Assembly (NCBI RefSeq): GCF_009914755.1
Contig: NC_060925.1
DNA: 64,000 nucleotides
Direction: 5' to 3' (one strand)
Source: the human T2T-CHM13v2.0 reference genome, Homo sapiens
Below the pieces are notes generated by a model. It made no database searches. It saw nothing but the letters and a program-made list of their open reading frames with translations, and was not told where the DNA came from. Of this stretch, positions 61,601 to 64,000 are shown one piece after another; the stretch's first letter is position 1, and the number at the start of each line of letters is the position of its first letter. Position numbers and translations under genes: made by a program.

Positions 61601-64000
61601 AACTCTCAGAGTTTAACATTTCTTTTCATTCAGCGGTTTGGAAACACTCTGTTTGTAAAGTCTGCACGTGGATATTTTGACCACTTAGAGGCCTTCGTTG
61701 GAAACGGGTTTTTTTCATGTAAGGCTAGACAGAAGAATTCCCAGTAACTTCCTTGTGTTGTGTGCATTCAACTCACAGAGTTGAACGTTCCCTTAGACAG
61801 AGCAGATTTGAAACCCTCTATTTGTGCAATTTCCAAGTGTAGATTTCAAGCGCTTTAAGGTCAACGGCAGAAAAGGAAATATCTTCGTTTCAAAACTAGA
61901 CAGAATCATTCCCACAAACTGCGTTGTGATGTGTTCGTTCAACTCACAGAGTTTAACCTTTCTGTTCATAGAGCAGTTAGGAAACACTCTGTTTGTAAAG
62001 TCTGTAAGTGGATATTCTGACATCTTGTGGCCTTCGTTGGAAACGGGATTTCTTCATATTCTGCTAGACAGAAGAATTCTCAGTAACTTCCTTGTGTTGT
62101 GTGTATTCAACTCACAGAGTTGAACGATCCTTTACACAGAGCAGACTTGAAACACTCTTTTTGTGGAATTTGCAAGTGGAGATTTCAGCCGCTTTGAGGT
62201 CAATGGTAGAAAAGGAAACTATCTTCATATAAAGACTAGACAGAATGATTCTCAGAAAATCTTTTGTGATGTGTGCGTTCAACTCACAGAGTTTAACTTT
62301 TCTTCTCATAGAGCAGTTAGGAAACACTCTGTTTGTAAAGTCTGCAAGTGGATATTCAGACCTGTTTGAGGCCTTCGTTGGAAACGGGATTTCTTCATAT
62401 TATGCTAGACAGAATAATTCTCAGTAACTTCCTTGTGTTGTGTGTATTCAACTCACAGAGTTGAAGGATCCTTTACAGAGAGCAGGCTTGAAACACTCTT
62501 TTTGTCGAATTTGCAAGTGGAGATTTCAGCCGCTTTGAGGTCAATGGTAGAATAGGAAATATCTTCTTATAGAAACTAGACAGAATGATTCTCATAAACT
62601 CCTTTGTGATGTGTGCGTTCAACTCACAGAGTTTAACCTTTCTTTTCATAGAGCAGTTAGGAAAAACTCTGTTTGAAAAGTCTGCAAGTGGATATTCAGA
62701 CCTCCTTGAGGCCTTCGTTGGAAACGGGATTTCTTCATATTCTGCTAGACAGAAGAATTCTCAGTAACTTCCTTGTGTTGTGTTTATTCAACTCACAGAG
62801 TTGAATGATCCTTTACACAGAGCAGACTTGAAACACTCTTTTTCTGGAATTTGCAAGTGGAGATTTCAGCCGCTTTGAGGTCAATGGTAGAAAAGTAAAT
62901 ATCTTCGTATAAAGACTAGACAGAATGATTCTCAGAAACTCCTTTGTGATGTGTGCGTTCAACTCACAGAGTTTAACCTTTCTGTTCATAGAGCAGTTAG
63001 GAAACACTCTGTTTGTAAAGTCTGCAAGTGGATATTCAGACCTCCTTGAGGCCTTCGTTGGAAACGGGATTTCTTCATATTCTGCTAGACAGAAGAATTC
63101 TCAGTAACTTCCTTGTGTTGTGTGTATTCAACTCACAGAGTTGAACGATCCTTTACACAGAGCAGACTTGAAACACTCTTCTTGTGGAATTTGCAAGAGG
63201 AGATTTCAGCCGCTTTGAGGTCAATGGTAGAAAAGGAAATATCTTCGTATAAAGACTAGACAGAATGATTCTCAGAAACTCCTTTGTGATGTGTGCGTTC
63301 AACTCACAGAGTTTAACTTTTCTTTTCATAGAGCAGTTAGGAAACACTCTGTTTGTAAAGTCTGCAAGTGGATATTCAGACCTCTTTGAGGCCTTCGTTG
63401 GAAACGGGATTTCTTCATATTATGCTAGACAGAAGAATTCTCAGTAACTTCCTTGTGTTGTGTGTATTCAACTCACAGAGTTGAACGATCCTTTACACAG
63501 AGCAGACTTGAAACATTCTTTTTGTGGAATTTGCAAGTGGAGATTTCAGCCGCTTTGAGGTCAATGGTAGAATAGGAAATATCTTCCTATAGAAACTAGA
63601 CAGAACGATTCTCAGAAACTCCTTTGTGATGTGTGCGTTCAACTCACAGAGTTTAACCTTTCTTTTCATAGAGCAGTTAGGAAACACTCTGTTTGTAAAG
63701 TCTGCAAGTGGATATTCAGACCTCTTTGAGGCCTTCGTTGGAAACGGGATTTCTTCCTATTCTGCTAGACAGAAGAATTCTCAGTAACTTCCTTGTGTTG
63801 TGTGTATTCAACTCACAGAGTTGAACGATCCTTTACACAGAGCAGACTTGAAACACTCTTTTTGTGGAATTTGCAAGTGGAGATTTCAGCCGCTTTGAGG
63901 TCAATAGTAGAAAAGGAAATATCTTCGTAGAAAAACTAGACAGAATGATTCTCAGAAACTCCTTTGTGATGTGTGTGTTCAACTCACAGAATTTAACCTT
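58674..64000 (+). repeat. Two tandem 16-mer HORs A-B-C-D-E-F-G-H (58674-61394, 2721 bp; the second, from 61395, is truncated by the window end inside H)
   Basis: All eight dimer classes occur in order twice. The first copy has T8 instead of T7 at 58988-58995, which explains 2721 versus 2720. Confidence 0.9.
61013..61029 (+). promoter_or_regulatory. Disrupted CENP-B box (CTTCTTTGGAAACGGGA)
   Basis: G>T at 61017 changes the essential TTCG half-site to TTCT. Confidence 0.85.

Larger units (their letters stand above)
1..64000 (+). repeat. Centromeric alpha-satellite higher-order-repeat array, SF1 dimeric type, most likely D1Z7/D5Z2/D19Z3 (S1C1/5/19H1L) family
   Basis: Continuous ~170-bp monomer and 340-bp dimer periodicity with hallmark alphoid motifs (CTAGACAGAAGAATTCTCAG, TTCAACTCACAGAG, TTTGTGGAATTTGCAAGTGGA). 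A CENP-B box and usually an EcoRI site occur every ~340 bp. The layout is one divergent tetramer followed by a variable number of near-identical dimers. Alpha-satellite identity is near certain. The family assignment is from recall of the SF1 340-bp EcoRI dimer and was not searched. Confidence 0.97.

Noticed and set aside
54854-62676. Same TTTGAAAAG variant in an F dimer (54854) and a D dimer (62676), and H CAGAATTTA at 55489 and 63991
   Set aside because: Single shared SNPs cannot distinguish recurrent mutation, conversion and descent, so they are insufficient to define a duplicated block.
40-63687. Hundreds of 60-99 aa ORFs on both strands (MILRNSF…, MCIQLTEL…, MFPNCSMK…)
   Set aside because: They are chance open frames of the satellite that recur with the 340-bp period. 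They overlap on both strands, mostly begin at GTG/TTG, have no recognisable domain, and appear or vanish with single SNPs. I used them only as position markers.
1-64000. CRISPR-like or other prokaryotic repeat-spacer array
   Set aside because: There are no unique spacers and no cas genes. The intervening sequence is itself repeated, and the motifs are primate alpha satellite.
1-64000. L1/Alu insertion, inversion or non-satellite island
   Set aside because: The dimer register is continuous, and every unit length is explained by 339/340/341-bp dimers plus one 4-bp deletion and one 1-bp insertion. All CENP-B boxes are on the same strand, and there is no poly(A) tail or target-site duplication.
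1-64000. Assignment to a specific chromosome (1, 5 or 19) or individual
   Set aside because: This HOR family is shared among the three chromosomes. Assignment needs alignment to T2T assemblies, which I cannot run.
210-64000. Order of 8/10/12/16/18-mers as an information-bearing code
   Set aside because: The order is adequately explained by nested duplications and deletions traced by SNPs, and nothing in the sequence indicates a readout mechanism.

Overview
The whole 64 kb window is one uninterrupted, single-orientation centromeric alpha-satellite array of human/great-ape type. It holds about 376 monomers (~170 bp) arranged as ~188 dimers (340 bp), with a CENP-B box (CTTCGTTGGAAACGGGA) in every second monomer. 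This is suprachromosomal family 1 (SF1) and best matches the D1Z7/D5Z2/D19Z3 (S1C1/5/19H1L) live HOR family. The chromosome cannot be assigned from this sequence alone. I see no genes, RNA genes, transposons, CRISPR arrays or inversions, and all ORFs in the track are translations of the repeat. I see no new gene-encoded system. The signal is in the array architecture. Eight SNP-defined dimer classes (my labels A-H) build 32 complete HOR units plus a partial one, all of the form A-B-(X)n. They comprise 8-, 10-, 12-, 16- and 18-mers. All of them can be derived from the 16-mer ABCDEFGH seen at the right end. The dominant 12-mer/10-mer pair (3739 bp) equals that 16-mer plus an inserted H-A-B 6-mer. 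Other observations are multi-kb duplicated blocks (offsets 14,956 and 22,095), hybrid-dimer junctions that overlap one monomer position, short conversion-like patches, and a sharp haplotype/age boundary at ~51.2-52.5 kb. All comparisons were made by eye, using the ORF track as a positional ruler. HOR unit coordinates start at the EcoRI site preceding dimer A.
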